Below are positions 10,332 through 22,323 of a stretch of 64,000 nt of DNA, piece after piece. The DNA is from Candidatus Poribacteria bacterium. GTDB lineage: Bacteria; Poribacteria; WGA-4E; WGA-3G. A model generated the notes under the pieces. It had not been told where the DNA came from. It ran no database searches and was given only the letters and a program-made list of their open reading frames with translations. The stretch spans positions 2,496,001 through 2,560,000 of the forward strand of contig CAXXLX010000001.1 in the NCBI GenBank assembly GCA_963665235.2, given 5' to 3'. Made by a program: the position numbers and the translations under genes. Numbering within the stretch: position 1 is the first letter of the stretch; the number at the start of each line of letters is the position of its first letter.

Positions 10332-11333
10332 CTAAATAATATCCGCGCGCCGAAGCAGCTTGAGCGTTCCTTCCACATCATCCATCTCATTTAAGTCAAA
10401 TGCTGGAACGATTTTAAGCAATTCCGCCAACGGCAACAAATTCGCATGTGGTTTCACACCTTCAATCACAGGGTATTCAAAAACCTCATTAACAAAGTAC
10501 TTTTGTGCTTCCGCTGTGAGGAGAAATTTGATGAACTTAAGTGCCATCTCCTTGTTATCGCTACTTTTCAATAATCCGATTCCTGCAACATTCACGAGAT
10601 TCCCCGGGTCTTTCGCTTTAAAGAGGGTCTGCGCCACCGGAAATTCTGCGTCCTTCTTTTTAAAACGGAAAAGATAGTAATGATTTGGCAAACCGAGGTC
10701 AATTTCACCGGCGGCGAGTGCTTCTATAATCGGTGTATTCTTTGGATAGACTTTCGCGCCGTTAGCTTTCATATCCCGCAGCCATTTTTCGGTGCGTTCC
10801 TCCCCGACCTGCTCACGCATAGCTGTGACAAACGCTTGGAATGAAGCGTTCGACGGTGCCCACCCGATTCTGTCGCGCCATGTCGGCTGCGTTAGTTCGA
10901 ACACACTTTTCGGCAGCTCCTCCATTTTAACCCGTTCCGGGGAATATGCAAGGACACGTGCCCGACCGCTCGTTGCGGCCCACAACCCTTCCGCATGCCG
11001 GAAAGCTTTCGGCACCTTTGTGAGTATTGCTTCCGGTAGTTTTTCAAATAACCCCGCTTTGCTAACAGCACCCAGCGCGCCAGCATCCTGTGCCCAAAAA
11101 AGTGATGCAGTGCTTTTGGCACCCTCGGTTCGGAGTTTCGCAGCTAACTGCATTGTATTGCCGTAACTCACCTTGACCTCAATACCGGTCGACTTTTCAA
11201 ACTTCTCAATAATCGGTTCAACGAGACTCTTACTCCGTCCGGAATAGAGCGTCATCGTCTCCGCGTGCCCCATCCCGATAAATGTGAATAGTAGCAAAAT
11301 AAGAATAAATAAAATCGGTCTGTTTTTAAACAT
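10332..11333 (-). CDS. fbpA: Fe(III) ABC transporter substrate-binding protein (FbpA/FutA-like)
   Basis: LYSGRS, SGRARV, NHYY iron-binding tyrosines; ATG at 11333 with RBS and signal peptide. Confidence 0.9.
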   Translation of the reverse strand: MFKNRPILFILILLLFTFIGMGHAETMTLYSGRSKSLVEPIIEKFEKSTGIEVKVSYGNTMQLAAKLRTEGAKSTASLFWAQDAGALGAVSKAGLFEKLPEAILTKVPKAFRHAEGLWAATSGRARVLAYSPERVKMEELPKSVFELTQPTWRDRIGWAPSNASFQAFVTAMREQVGEERTEKWLRDMKANGAKVYPKNTPIIEALAAGEIDLGLPNHYYLFRFKKKDAEFPVAQTLFKAKDPGNLVNVAGIGLLKSSDNKEMALKFIKFLLTAEAQKYFVNEVFEYPVIEGVKPHANLLPLAELLKIVPAFDLNEMDDVEGTLKLLRRADII

Positions 11334-11364
11334 AACTGTTTCCTTTAAATAGTTGACTTTAACC

Positions 11365-12189
11365 CTATGTTGAGGTTTCATCTTCAGTTGGACGGGGTAT
11401 GTGAACCCAATGTCCACTTGGGTCATGTCCCCTTGCAATAACAGCCCGTTGGTTCCAATTGTTTGCTGCGTGCACATCGGGCGGCACGAATCGCATTGTC
11501 AACCCACACCGTCTCCGTGTTGAGGTGTTCGGCTTTGACCCGTGCAACAGCAAATCGGAGTGAAGAGACATCTGCCCAGCTTTCATCTCAAACGCAACAG
11601 GTGCACCGCCATATTGTGTAGGGTCATGGACCGTCTGATTTAGCACATTCTTTTCTTCAGCGGCACTGCGTTCAAATGCAATTTGTCCATGCAGATGTGA
11701 CTTCGGAATAACCATCATTGCACCGTTTTCGACAGTCGCATCGTCAATAGCGAGCCACACAGTGACAGTTTTGCTCGGCGACAGGGGCCAATAGGAGGCA
11801 TCCTGATGCCAACTCACCTGTTTCTCTTCACCGGGAAGCTTGCAGAAGTAATGTGTCCCCCAACATATAAGATTTTTCCCAAGCAGATCCTGTAAATAAT
11901 CTAGTATTCTCTCCTCCGTTATCAGGTCATGGACACCAGCACGGCGGGTGTGCCATCCGTTAATAGAATAGCTATTCATCCCCGCGGCAGTTGCCTCTTC
12001 CATTAGGCGGTCAAAATAGGCGCGGTGTTCCGCAATTTCTGATTCCGAAAAAACATATAGTGGAGAAATAAATCCGTTCTCATTGAAGTGTGCAATTTGG
12101 GCGCGCGTCAACGTCGATGGATTTTCGTTTTCAACAGGAAAAAACTGTAATTTTCGATTGAGTTCGGGCATTGCATCCGTAATTGCCAT
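11365..12189 (-). CDS. Phytanoyl-CoA dioxygenase (PhyH) family Fe/2OG oxygenase
   Basis: WHQD, VWLAIDDA..ENG, LLHGS, R. Confidence 0.92.
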   Translation of the reverse strand: MAITDAMPELNRKLQFFPVENENPSTLTRAQIAHFNENGFISPLYVFSESEIAEHRAYFDRLMEEATAAGMNSYSINGWHTRRAGVHDLITEERILDYLQDLLGKNLICWGTHYFCKLPGEEKQVSWHQDASYWPLSPSKTVTVWLAIDDATVENGAMMVIPKSHLHGQIAFERSAAEEKNVLNQTVHDPTQYGGAPVAFEMKAGQMSLHSDLLLHGSKPNTSTRRRCGLTMRFVPPDVHAANNWNQRAVIARGHDPSGHWVHIPRPTEDETST

Positions 12190-12449
12190 CGGAACGTCCT
12201 TTACATCAGGAATTTATATCATAAATTTTATAATACCAGATTTAGCAGCAGTTGTCAACTTAAGTTTTAAGGAGGGGTGTGTAAAGTTTTTGTACTATGA
12301 TAGAGGGAAGGATGGAAGATTGGAAGATTGGAAGGGGGGAAGGATGGATTTCGCGCGTGTGTTGTCTGAATTGCGGATTTATCGGATTTATCGGATTTTA
12401 AGATGCGTAACAATAGAAGGTTTGTGATTATGAGCTAGTGTGTTGTGTT

Positions 12450-12991
12450 TTCTATAAAGATACTGCCCCGCTGGGGCTAGGTTGTGTTGTGTTTTTGTGT
12501 TTTCTATAAAGATACCGCCCCGCTGGGGCTAGCTTGTCTGGCACTTGTGCTTCTATAAAGATACCGCCCCGCTGGGGCTAGCTTGTCTGGCACTTGTGCT
12601 TCTATAAAGATACCGCCCCGCTGGGGCTAGCTTGTCTGGCACTTGTGCTTCTATAAAGATACCGCCCCGCTGGGGCTAGGTTGTGTTGTGTTTTTGTGTT
12701 TTCTATAAAGATACCGCCCCGCTGGGGCTAGCTTGTCTGGCCCTTGTGCTTCTATGATACCGCCCCGCTGGGGCTAGCTTGTCTGGCACTTGTGCTTCTA
12801 TAAAGATACCGCCCCGCTGGGGCTAGGTTGTGTTGTGTTTTTGTGTTTTCTATAAAGATACCGCCCCGCTGGGGCTAGCTTGTCTGGCACTTGTGCTTCT
12901 ATAAAGATACCGCCCCGCTGGGGCTGGGGCTGGGGCTAGCTTGTGTTGTGTTTTTGTGTTTTCTATAAAGATACCGCCCCGCTGGGGCTAG
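12450..12991 (+). repeat. Tandem array of 11 palindromic REP-like units with two recurring linkers
   Basis: Unit TTCTATAAAGATACCGCCCCGCTGGGGCTAG; linkers GTTGTGTTGTGTTTTTGTGTT or CTTGTCTGGCACTTGTGC. Confidence 0.9.
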
Positions 12992-13035
12992 CTTGTGTTT
13001 GTCTGGTGTTCACATTAAACATGTCGCCCCGATAG

Positions 13036-13571
13036 CTAGTCCCGTAGGGACTTGTGATATATCTATAGAAAGATGTTTCCCCCCCTAGTCCCGTATTGTC
13101 TGGCGTTCACATTAAACATGTCGCTCCGATACGCCTAGTCCCGTAGGGACGATATATTTATAGAAGCAGATGTTGACCCCTAAACATTAAACCGCTAGTC
13201 CCGTAGGGCGATATATTTATAGAAGCAGATGTTTCCCCAACCCCTAGTCCCGTATTGTCTGGCGTTCACATTAAACATGTCGCTCCCGATACGCACGCTA
13301 CCTAGTCCCGTAGGGACGATATATTTATAGAAGCAGATGTTTCGACAACCGCTAGTCCCGTAGGGACGATATATTTATAGAAGCAGATGTTTCAGAGACA
13401 ACCTTATGCTAGTCCCGTATTGTCTGGCGTTCATATGAAACAACCCGCTAGTCCCGTAGGGACGATATATTTATAGAAGCAGATGTTTCCCCAACCCCTA
13501 GTCCCGTATTGTCTGGCGTTCACATTAAACATGTCGCCCCGATAGTCCCGTAGGGACGATATATTTATAGA
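13036..13571 (-). repeat. Degenerate array of related REP-like units in opposite orientation
   Basis: CTAGTCCCGTAGGGACGATATATTTATAGAA (reverse complement resembles the first array) about 7 times, interleaved with TTGTCTGGCGTTCACATTAAACATGTCGC modules. Confidence 0.85.
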
Positions 13572-13626
13572 GAAAACGGACATTTATTTTCAAACTCACG
13601 TTTAAGTACAAAAATTTTACACACCC

Positions 13627-13655
13627 TTGACTTCACAACTTTCTAATGATATACT
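13627..13655 (+). promoter_or_regulatory. Sigma70-like promoter abutting the cassette end
   Basis: TTGACT-N17-TATACT. Confidence 0.55.
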
Positions 13656-13839
13656 AAACATTGGTATCCTCTCTTTTGAAAAAAGTTTATTTAGAAAGGA
13701 TACCATTTTTTTATTTCCCTGACAACAAGGCTTTGTACAAAAACTTTACACACCCCTTGTCAAAAAATAGAGTTGACAAATGCCTATATCTTTCGGTACA
13801 ATTAAGGTAAGACTATATTTTGACACATGGAGGCAAAAA

Positions 13840-14205
13840 ATGGCTGAAGAAAATGTTAACAACGAACTTACCGAAACAACAGATGAAGACTATACGGAAA
13901 GTGGGACTATCATCAACGTCGCTCAGATGCAGTCAATTGAAATTAACCAACGGTTCACTCGGGTTAAAATGGATAATGGCTGGATTATCCGGATGCTGGA
14001 ATCTGGACGCGTCACGGTCAACTTTATAACCAGTATGCGGAAATATGAGACAGCGTTAATGGTAGGTGATACGGTTGAACGCGATGGCGATGATCTTATC
14101 ATTAACCGCAACCAACCGGCTGATACCTATCGGGCCCAGCGGGGGACTTCACCGTTAGCACTAACCCGTGAGCAAACCGTGGGAGCAAAACCTGCGGACG
14201 AATAG
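13840..14205 (+). CDS. Hypothetical protein
   Basis: GGAGG RBS before ATG 13840; TTGACA-N18-TACAAT promoter at 13773-13802. Confidence 0.7.
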   Translation: MAEENVNNELTETTDEDYTESGTIINVAQMQSIEINQRFTRVKMDNGWIIRMLESGRVTVNFITSMRKYETALMVGDTVERDGDDLIINRNQPADTYRAQRGTSPLALTREQTVGAKPADE

Positions 14206-14229
14206 CCGTAAAACCCAACACCATCTAAG

Positions 14230-14760
14230 GTGTCTAGGAGGGGGTGTGAGCCCATTTTAGAACGAATTTATAGGCTTATCTCCAGTTTAAAGGGTGGGAC
14301 GATGGTTCCAACGTCGGTCGTGCTGAGTCCGGAAAGTTATGCGGCAGTGCAGCACGAGAAACGCGAGGCAGAAAACGATGCATCGTTGAGCCTGTCACAT
14401 CTGCTTGCCCTACCTGTTTCAGTGCGTCCGGAGAATACGGATATAGTCGTTGTGAAAGAGCTGGTCCCGAACCCGTGCCCGGTCTGTCATCATCGGCTTA
14501 GGTTTCTCCGGGAGATGATAGAACATTTTGAGCACGATGAGACGAACTTAATTCGCTGTCCGCTGGGGCACCGTTATCCGGGGCAGATGAAAATTTACCA
14601 TCTAAACATTTTTCAGGCAGAAGAAAATCCAGAAACGGAAAAGAACATTACCACTTGTCCAGTATGTAGTGGTGAAAGTATTCAGTATTTGGGGCCGGCG
14701 GAGATGTTTTGTCTGGATTGTGATTGGGATAGCGGCATGGCGCCTCGTTATAAAGACTGA
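14230..14760 (+). CDS. Hypothetical protein with zinc-ribbon motifs
   Basis: CPVC, CPLGH, CPVC, CLDC. Confidence 0.65.
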   Translation: MSRRGCEPILERIYRLISSLKGGTMVPTSVVLSPESYAAVQHEKREAENDASLSLSHLLALPVSVRPENTDIVVVKELVPNPCPVCHHRLRFLREMIEHFEHDETNLIRCPLGHRYPGQMKIYHLNIFQAEENPETEKNITTCPVCSGESIQYLGPAEMFCLDCDWDSGMAPRYKD

Positions 14761-14814
14761 GGTGCCATACCGTTCCGAAATGAGGCTGTGCTGTTCATTT
14801 GTGATTGATGGGAG

Positions 14815-16482
<1,668 letters not shown>

Positions 16483-16577
16483 CTATTTAAATTTATTTAT
16501 ATACGTAATTATAACATGCGCGAGGCATAAAGTCAACTTTTTTATCAGATTCTGTCTCTCTGAAATTTGCTATATAC

Positions 16578-16693
16578 TACCATTTTTATTAATTACTCTA
16601 TCATTACCGGTTGTTAGAAATGAAACGGAGAACGGAAGACCCAAACTGGAAGTTTATGCTACAAGAAAGAGACATTTTCAATTAGAAATGGTA
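16578..16693. mobile_element. MITE-like family A, copy 2 (inverted, single REP unit)
   Basis: Reverse complement of the 8337-8613 flanks with one internal unit. Confidence 0.75.
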
Positions 16694-17316
16694 TACAATG
16701 CGCGATTTGTGCTATACTATACTAAACTTTGGACAATTTTAGGGGTGGGTAACGTTCTGGTCAAAGGGATAGGTGGAAGGGTGGAGCGTGTGTTGTCAGA
16801 ATCGAGGATTATCGCGGAGGACACGGATTACGCGGATTTTAAGGTGTGTATGCGTCAAGGTTTTGGGATTAAGTGGTGTTGGTTTTTTTGTCTGAATGCA
16901 CGTCGCATTTGGGCGAATACGCCGCAAATCGCGGATTACACAGAGGACATAGAGAACGCGGAAAGAAGAGGGGTTTGGGTGAAATCTATAAACATATCGC
17001 CCCGATGAGGCTAGTTTGTGGGGTGGTTGCATTTTCTACAGAGCGGGGAGGTCGCGTGCACAGCACGCTCCTACAGAAGAGGGGTGTTGAACAAACGGCG
17101 AAAAATAGGGAGAAATAAAGACCCTCGCCCCAGATTATATTTTTTTCTGGAATATATATGAAAAAGCTGGTATAATACTCTGTAAGTAGTTTATTAAGGT
17201 TTATTTCAAAACCGAGGTAAGATTCTCAAACGATATAATCCCCCCCGGCAGGGCACGGTATTTTTAAAAACTGACCGACCCACCGAGGAATATCAATAAG
17301 GGAAGGAAATTTATCT

Positions 17317-17766
17317 ATGACAAATAATAAGGAGACACGCTCCGCGTTGTTCACTGTTCGAGATGGTGAGGACGCTCTAATTCGTCTCATATTCATTTTC
17401 TATTCAATATTAGGAGGGATCCTCCTCCATCAAAGAATACTTGAGGGGCGGACGTGGTCTGAGGCATTTTCCGTGATGCTAGAGCATGGCGGTGAAGCGT
17501 TGACCTGGGCTACAAGTCTCACCCTAACTATAGAAGGAGTTATGATTATGTTTTCACGTCTTCAAGACCATCGGGACAGACGGAAAAGACGCTTCGAGGA
17601 AGCACGAGCCGAAGGGATAACCCAAGGCAGAGCCGAAGGGATAACCCAAGGCAAAACCGAGGTTTACCAAGAAATCGCTGAATGGAATAAAAGGCGGCTT
17701 GACGCACAGGCACGCAATGAACCATTCACCGAACCGGTCCCCGAATCCCCCGACACTACTCATTAG
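17317..17766 (+). CDS. Small membrane protein with RAEGITQG repeats
   Basis: RBS GGAAGG; hydrophobic N-terminal half; the C-terminal half is duplicated downstream. Confidence 0.65.
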   Translation: MTNNKETRSALFTVRDGEDALIRLIFIFYSILGGILLHQRILEGRTWSEAFSVMLEHGGEALTWATSLTLTIEGVMIMFSRLQDHRDRRKRRFEEARAEGITQGRAEGITQGKTEVYQEIAEWNKRRLDAQARNEPFTEPVPESPDTTH

Positions 17767-17858
17767 CGATTAGCAAATGGCGATTGGCAAGAAATATAAG
17801 AGACCTCTTTCTCTTGCTAATTGCCACCTGCCACCTGCCAAATGCCAAATAAGGAGGT

Positions 17859-18095
17859 ATGATTATGCTTTCACGTCTTAAAGATCACCGGGAGAGACGG
17901 AAAAGACGATTCGAGGAAGCAAGAGCTGAAGGCAGAGCCATAGGCAGAGCCCAAGTCATAGCCGAAGCGAAAGCCAAAGCGGAAGCCGAGATTTACCAAG
18001 AAATCGCTGAATGGAATAAAAGGCGGCTTGACGCACAAGCACGCAATGAACCATTCACCGAACCGCTCCCCGAACCCCCTGATACCACTCATTAG
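17859..18095 (+). CDS. Small paralog of the C-terminal half of 17317-17766
   Basis: AAGGAGG RBS; near-identical YQEIAEWNKRRLDAQARNEPFTEP. Confidence 0.65.
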   Translation: MIMLSRLKDHRERRKRRFEEARAEGRAIGRAQVIAEAKAKAEAEIYQEIAEWNKRRLDAQARNEPFTEPLPEPPDTTH

Positions 18096-18197
18096 CGATT
18101 AGCTATTGGCTATTGGCAGAGGTTTGTGAGGCTAAAAGCATATCTGAAGCACGGTAGAGACCTCCTCCACTTGCTAATTGCCAACTGCCAATTGTTA

Positions 18198-18461
18198 TAC
18201 TAAACTTTGGACAATTTTAGGGGTGGGTAACGTTCTTGTCAGTGGTGTGGTTGCATTTTCTATAAACATATCGCCCCGATGGGGCTAGTTTGTGGTGTGG
18301 TTGCGTTTTCTATAAACATTCCGCCCCGATGGCGAAACCGCGCTTTTGCACATTGGAGGTTATTTTTCTCCTATTTGTCCTTGTGTGAGAAACATTGAGA
18401 AAAATCGGAAATGCTTTGAAAATCGGGCATCAGACTCACGGATATTGTCCAAACTATAGTA
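18198..18461. mobile_element. MITE-like family C, copy 1, with REP-like units inside
   Basis: Ends TACTAAACTTTGGACAAT / ATTGTCCAAACTATAGTA; second copy at 43065-43447; lone left end at 16720. Confidence 0.7.
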
Positions 18462-18502
18462 TACTATACTTTGGATTTTAACACTATTTGGAGGAGAATT
18501 AC

Positions 18503-19474
18503 ATGACTGCTCATGAAAGAAAGTGGGATGGCACAATTGTCCGTTATCCCGACCCGGCGATTGAAGTGCTTGACCCACGATTCGCGAAATATAAAATTGG
18601 CAATTCTGTCGTTGAACGTTTGTGGACAGGCGCGCGCTGGTCGGAAGGGCCTGTCTGGTTTGGCGATGGCGGTTATCTGCTCTGGAGCGACATTCCAAAC
18701 AACAGGATTTTGAAGTGGGAGGAAGCTACGGGGGATGTCAGCGTCTATCGAACACCGTCAAACTATAGCAACGGCCACACACGCGACCGACAGGGTAGAC
18801 TCATCAGTTGTGAGCACGGCGCACGGCGGGTGACGCGAACCGAGTACGATGGAACTATCACTATACTGATGGACAGCTTCGAGGGTAAACCGCTCAATGC
18901 CCCAAACGATGTCGCTGTCCACCCCGATGGACATATCTGGTTCACTGACCCAGGATACGGCATTATGCTCAACTACGAAGGGCACATAGCGGCGTTTGAA
19001 CTGCCAACCTGTGTGTATCGCCTCAATCCCGACACCGGTGAAGCGAAGATTGCAACAGATGCACTTGAGAAACCGAACGGGCTCTGCTTCTCACCGGATT
19101 ACGAAAAGCTCTATATTGTGGATACGGGTGTCACGCATACGCCGGGGACACCTCGGCATATTTACGTCTATGATGTAGTGGATAACGCGCGTCTGAACAA
19201 CGAACAGGTATTCTGTGATATGGCACCTGGCATTGCCGATGGCATCCGATGTGATGTTGATGGAAATCTCTGGGCAAGCGCGGGCTGGGTCGGAGATGGT
19301 TACGATGGTGTGCATGTCTTCGCACCGGATGGAACATGCATCGGAAAAATCCATCTTCCCGAAATCTGTGCAAACCTCTGCTTCGGCGGCGTGAAACGGA
19401 ATAGGTTGTTTATGACTGGAAGCCAATCGCTCTATTCCGTTTATGTGGAAGCACAAGGGCTCCCGCTTTTCTAA
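18503..19474 (+). CDS. SMP-30/gluconolactonase family protein
   Basis: WSEGPVW, LNAPND, PNGLCFSPD, ADGIRCD; ATG 18503 after GGAGG. Confidence 0.92.
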   Translation: MTAHERKWDGTIVRYPDPAIEVLDPRFAKYKIGNSVVERLWTGARWSEGPVWFGDGGYLLWSDIPNNRILKWEEATGDVSVYRTPSNYSNGHTRDRQGRLISCEHGARRVTRTEYDGTITILMDSFEGKPLNAPNDVAVHPDGHIWFTDPGYGIMLNYEGHIAAFELPTCVYRLNPDTGEAKIATDALEKPNGLCFSPDYEKLYIVDTGVTHTPGTPRHIYVYDVVDNARLNNEQVFCDMAPGIADGIRCDVDGNLWASAGWVGDGYDGVHVFAPDGTCIGKIHLPEICANLCFGGVKRNRLFMTGSQSLYSVYVEAQGLPLF

Positions 19475-19938
19475 CTGCCGGGGCTCTGATAGGAGAAGGT
19501 TTGAATCACATCGTTCATCAGGAGCCTCTGGGCGATAGTCTCAAGCAGTTCAGCGTTTAAGACACCTGTGAGCCAATACTTATACCCTGTTTGGACGCGG
19601 TTGACACCTGTAACCCCCAAATCTTTTATGCCTTTGACGGTACTATCGCCGACTGCATCGGTGACACCGGGTTTGAATTGAACCTCCAATGCCCAGGTTT
19701 CTGTGGAGTCGCTTTGGCGGTCAAACGCGTAAGTTTGTGTAATTGGGTCGGCGAGGAGTTCAGCGGCGATTCTGTCGACAGTTTGTGCATCTAATGCGCC
19801 TTCAATCCAATAGAGCGTGGCTGTTCGCACGGAATCAACGCCACTGATACCGAGGTCAGCGATATCTTCAAGGATACTCTGCCCGACGGTATCGGGGACC
19901 TCGGGTTTATAGTAGACTTCAACTTTCCAATTTTTCAT
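19471..19938 (-). CDS. purS: PurS subunit of FGAM synthase, tandem two-domain form
   Basis: Two repeats: VYYKPEVPDTVG...LLADPI and VQFKPGVTDAVG...LLMNDVI. Confidence 0.8.
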   Translation of the reverse strand: MKNWKVEVYYKPEVPDTVGQSILEDIADLGISGVDSVRTATLYWIEGALDAQTVDRIAAELLADPITQTYAFDRQSDSTETWALEVQFKPGVTDAVGDSTVKGIKDLGVTGVNRVQTGYKYWLTGVLNAELLETIAQRLLMNDVIQTFSYQSPGS

Positions 19939-20030
19939 GGTTTTTCGGTTGCATCCCAGTTTTTTTTAAGGTATTCTATATTTGGGCAATTGCCAATCTG
20001 ACCTACAAGAAGGAGTTTCGTTTTAGTCAC

Positions 20031-20288
20031 ATGCCAACAGAAGAAGCCAGTCCCAAGACGCTTATGATTATTGTCTGCGTTATCGGTCTTATTTTCGCTA
20101 TTGTTATGGTTATTCTCTTTTTCAATGCTGCGCCGGCTCGTTCTAATATTGAGGTGCATCGGCAGTCACCGGAGGCGGATGCATGTCTGAAGTGCCATTT
20201 GATAGGTGACGAAAAATCGCCGACGATGCCACATCTTAATTTGGGTGGATGTAATCTCTGCCACGGGTTAGCCGAGGAATCGCGCTAG
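20031..20288 (+). CDS. Small membrane-anchored dihaem c-type cytochrome
   Basis: TM helix, CLKCH and CNLCH. Confidence 0.7.
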   Translation: MPTEEASPKTLMIIVCVIGLIFAIVMVILFFNAAPARSNIEVHRQSPEADACLKCHLIGDEKSPTMPHLNLGGCNLCHGLAEESR

Positions 20289-21152
20289 AACTGCCACCCA
20301 TGTTATCCCGTTTTCTGCTTCACGCGCGATGTGGACGCATTCCAATCCGTTATCTGCCAAAACTTCTTGAACCTGTTCACGTTCTGTCTCCAAAATTCCA
20401 GAAAAAATGACATGCCCTTCGGGGTGCAAACGTGAAGGACAGTGCGGAATGATAGGCAGAATTACCTTTGTCAAGATGTTTGCCACAATAAGATGGTATG
20501 TCCCTTGCAAGTTTTTGATACCGTCCCCCTGGAACAAATTGATTTGCTGCGCGACACTGTTCGTTCGGAAATTTGATTCAGCCACAGGGATTGCTGTCTG
20601 GTCCAGTTCAGTTGCATCGACTTGTGCAGCCCTTAACTTCATGGCAGCGATGGCGAGTATACCGGAACCGGTGCCGATATCTGCAACATGTTGATGCGGT
20701 TTCACGTTTTGTTCCAAGAGTTCCAGCGATAGCCGGGTTGTCGGATGATACCCGGTACCGAATGCCATTCCTGGGTCAAGTCGGATGAGTATGTCTTTCT
20801 CATCAGGTATTGTCCTATCCCACGTTGGCACGATAAGCAGATGTTTCCCGATGCGCTGCGGGGTAAAATTGGCTTTCCATGTTTCCGCCCACTCCTGCGA
20901 TTCAACCCGTTTTAAGTCAATTTCAGCGGGGTGTGCCTGAATTCCCCAAGTTGGCAGTTTTTCAAGAAAATCGCGTAATTTCTGAACCCTTGCGCCGATG
21001 CGGTCGTCTAGCGGATAATAGGCGATAAGCTGCGTTGTTGAATCTGGACTTTCTTTGACCTCAACGCCAACAGCACTCATCTCGAAAAGATAATTTGCCA
21101 CCGCTTCAGAGGCTGTGTAAGCTGTCGTTACGGTGATTTTTGCCCAGTTCAT
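20268..21152 (-). CDS. prmA: Ribosomal protein L11 methyltransferase
   Basis: LDPGMAFGTGYHPTT, DIGTGSGILAI; downstream of dnaJ. Confidence 0.95.
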   Translation of the reverse strand: MNWAKITVTTAYTASEAVANYLFEMSAVGVEVKESPDSTTQLIAYYPLDDRIGARVQKLRDFLEKLPTWGIQAHPAEIDLKRVESQEWAETWKANFTPQRIGKHLLIVPTWDRTIPDEKDILIRLDPGMAFGTGYHPTTRLSLELLEQNVKPHQHVADIGTGSGILAIAAMKLRAAQVDATELDQTAIPVAESNFRTNSVAQQINLFQGDGIKNLQGTYHLIVANILTKVILPIIPHCPSRLHPEGHVIFSGILETEREQVQEVLADNGLECVHIAREAENGITWVAVLARFLG

Positions 21153-21170
21153 GCTTATGAATACACCGCG

Positions 21171-22289
21171 TTATGTAGTGTTCTCGTCGTCTCTATTCTG
21201 AAAGAGTCTATCCCAAAAGCCGCTCTGTTCGGTTTTGACGGTTTCGCCGTAGAGTTCAGCGAAATGTCCCAAAGCTTTACGTTGCTGCTCGTTGAGGTGT
21301 GTTGGCGTTTCAATCGCGATTTGTACGACGAGGTCTCCGCGGCCGGGATGTTTGTAATGGGGAATCCCTTTGCCTGGGATATGTAGTTTTTCGCCGTATT
21401 GAGTTCCGGGGGGTATTTGCAATTTTTCTGGTCCTTCAATCCCCTCAATTTCGATTGTGCCGCCGAGTGCTGCTTGTACAAATGAGATTTTTGCGCCGGT
21501 GATTAGCTCATATTGTTCTCGACTGAAACGTTTGTCCGGCGTGACGTGCACGACTACGTGCAGGTCCCCGGCAGGTCCGCCGTTGTAACCTGCTTCCCCT
21601 TGCCCGCTCAATTTATATTGAGTGCCGTTATCGACACCTTTATCGACCTTGAGTTTAATTTCCCGTTTGACTCTAATTCTGCCTTGTCCTTTACAGCTGC
21701 GGCATGCGTCTTTAATAATTTCGCCTTCCCCGCGGCAGCGCGGACAGGTTCGGGACATCGTAAAAAAACCGTGGGTTTGGATGACCTGTCCTCGTCCGTG
21801 GCACTGTGGGCATATTGAAGTTGTCGTTCCTTTTTCTGCGCCACTTCCCTCACATTCGGTGCAGGCTTCAACGCGCGGGACCTCAAGTGTGACATCTTTT
21901 CCGTGGAAGACATCCTCTAGGGTAATCTCTAGATTGTATTGTAAGCTCCTGCCCTGTTTCGGTCTGCTTTTCGAGGGGCCGAATCCACCGAAAAGGTCGC
22001 CGAAGACTTCGGTGAAAATATCGTCTAGGTTTCCGCTAAATCCGAAGCCGCTGCTACTGCCTTCTAGGCCTGCATGGCCGAATTGGTCGTACCGTCGTCG
22101 CTTTTCAGGGGTCCGCAAGACTTCATAAGCTTCGGTTGCTTCTTTGAATTTTTCTTCGGATTCCTTATCATCGGGGTTTTTATCGGGATGATATTTTATT
22201 GCGAGTTTCCGATAAGCCTTCTTAATTTCCTCTTCATCGGCATCGCGTGCGACGTTCAGAATTTCATAATAATCTCGTTTTTGTGCCAT
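21171..22289 (-). CDS. dnaJ: Chaperone DnaJ
   Basis: HPD J-domain, G/F region, four CxxCxGxG motifs. Confidence 0.97.
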   Translation of the reverse strand: MAQKRDYYEILNVARDADEEEIKKAYRKLAIKYHPDKNPDDKESEEKFKEATEAYEVLRTPEKRRRYDQFGHAGLEGSSSGFGFSGNLDDIFTEVFGDLFGGFGPSKSRPKQGRSLQYNLEITLEDVFHGKDVTLEVPRVEACTECEGSGAEKGTTTSICPQCHGRGQVIQTHGFFTMSRTCPRCRGEGEIIKDACRSCKGQGRIRVKREIKLKVDKGVDNGTQYKLSGQGEAGYNGGPAGDLHVVVHVTPDKRFSREQYELITGAKISFVQAALGGTIEIEGIEGPEKLQIPPGTQYGEKLHIPGKGIPHYKHPGRGDLVVQIAIETPTHLNEQQRKALGHFAELYGETVKTEQSGFWDRLFQNRDDENTT

Positions 22290-22323
22290 CTGTACTCCTA
22301 CCTACATTCGGTTTAGGGGCCGC

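Larger units (their letters stand above)
12274..13626. mobile_element. 1.35-kb non-coding composite repeat cassette bounded by ~22-bp inverted repeats (family B)
   Basis: GGGGTGTGTAAAGTTTTTGTACT at 12274 and AGTACAAAAATTTTACACACCC ending at 13626; related ends near 13735, 23946 and 27885. Confidence 0.6.

Noticed and set aside
12450-13571. CRISPR array
   Set aside because: Linkers are two recurring 18-21 bp sequences, not unique spacers; the same unit is dispersed elsewhere (18260, 43250); no cas genes in the window.
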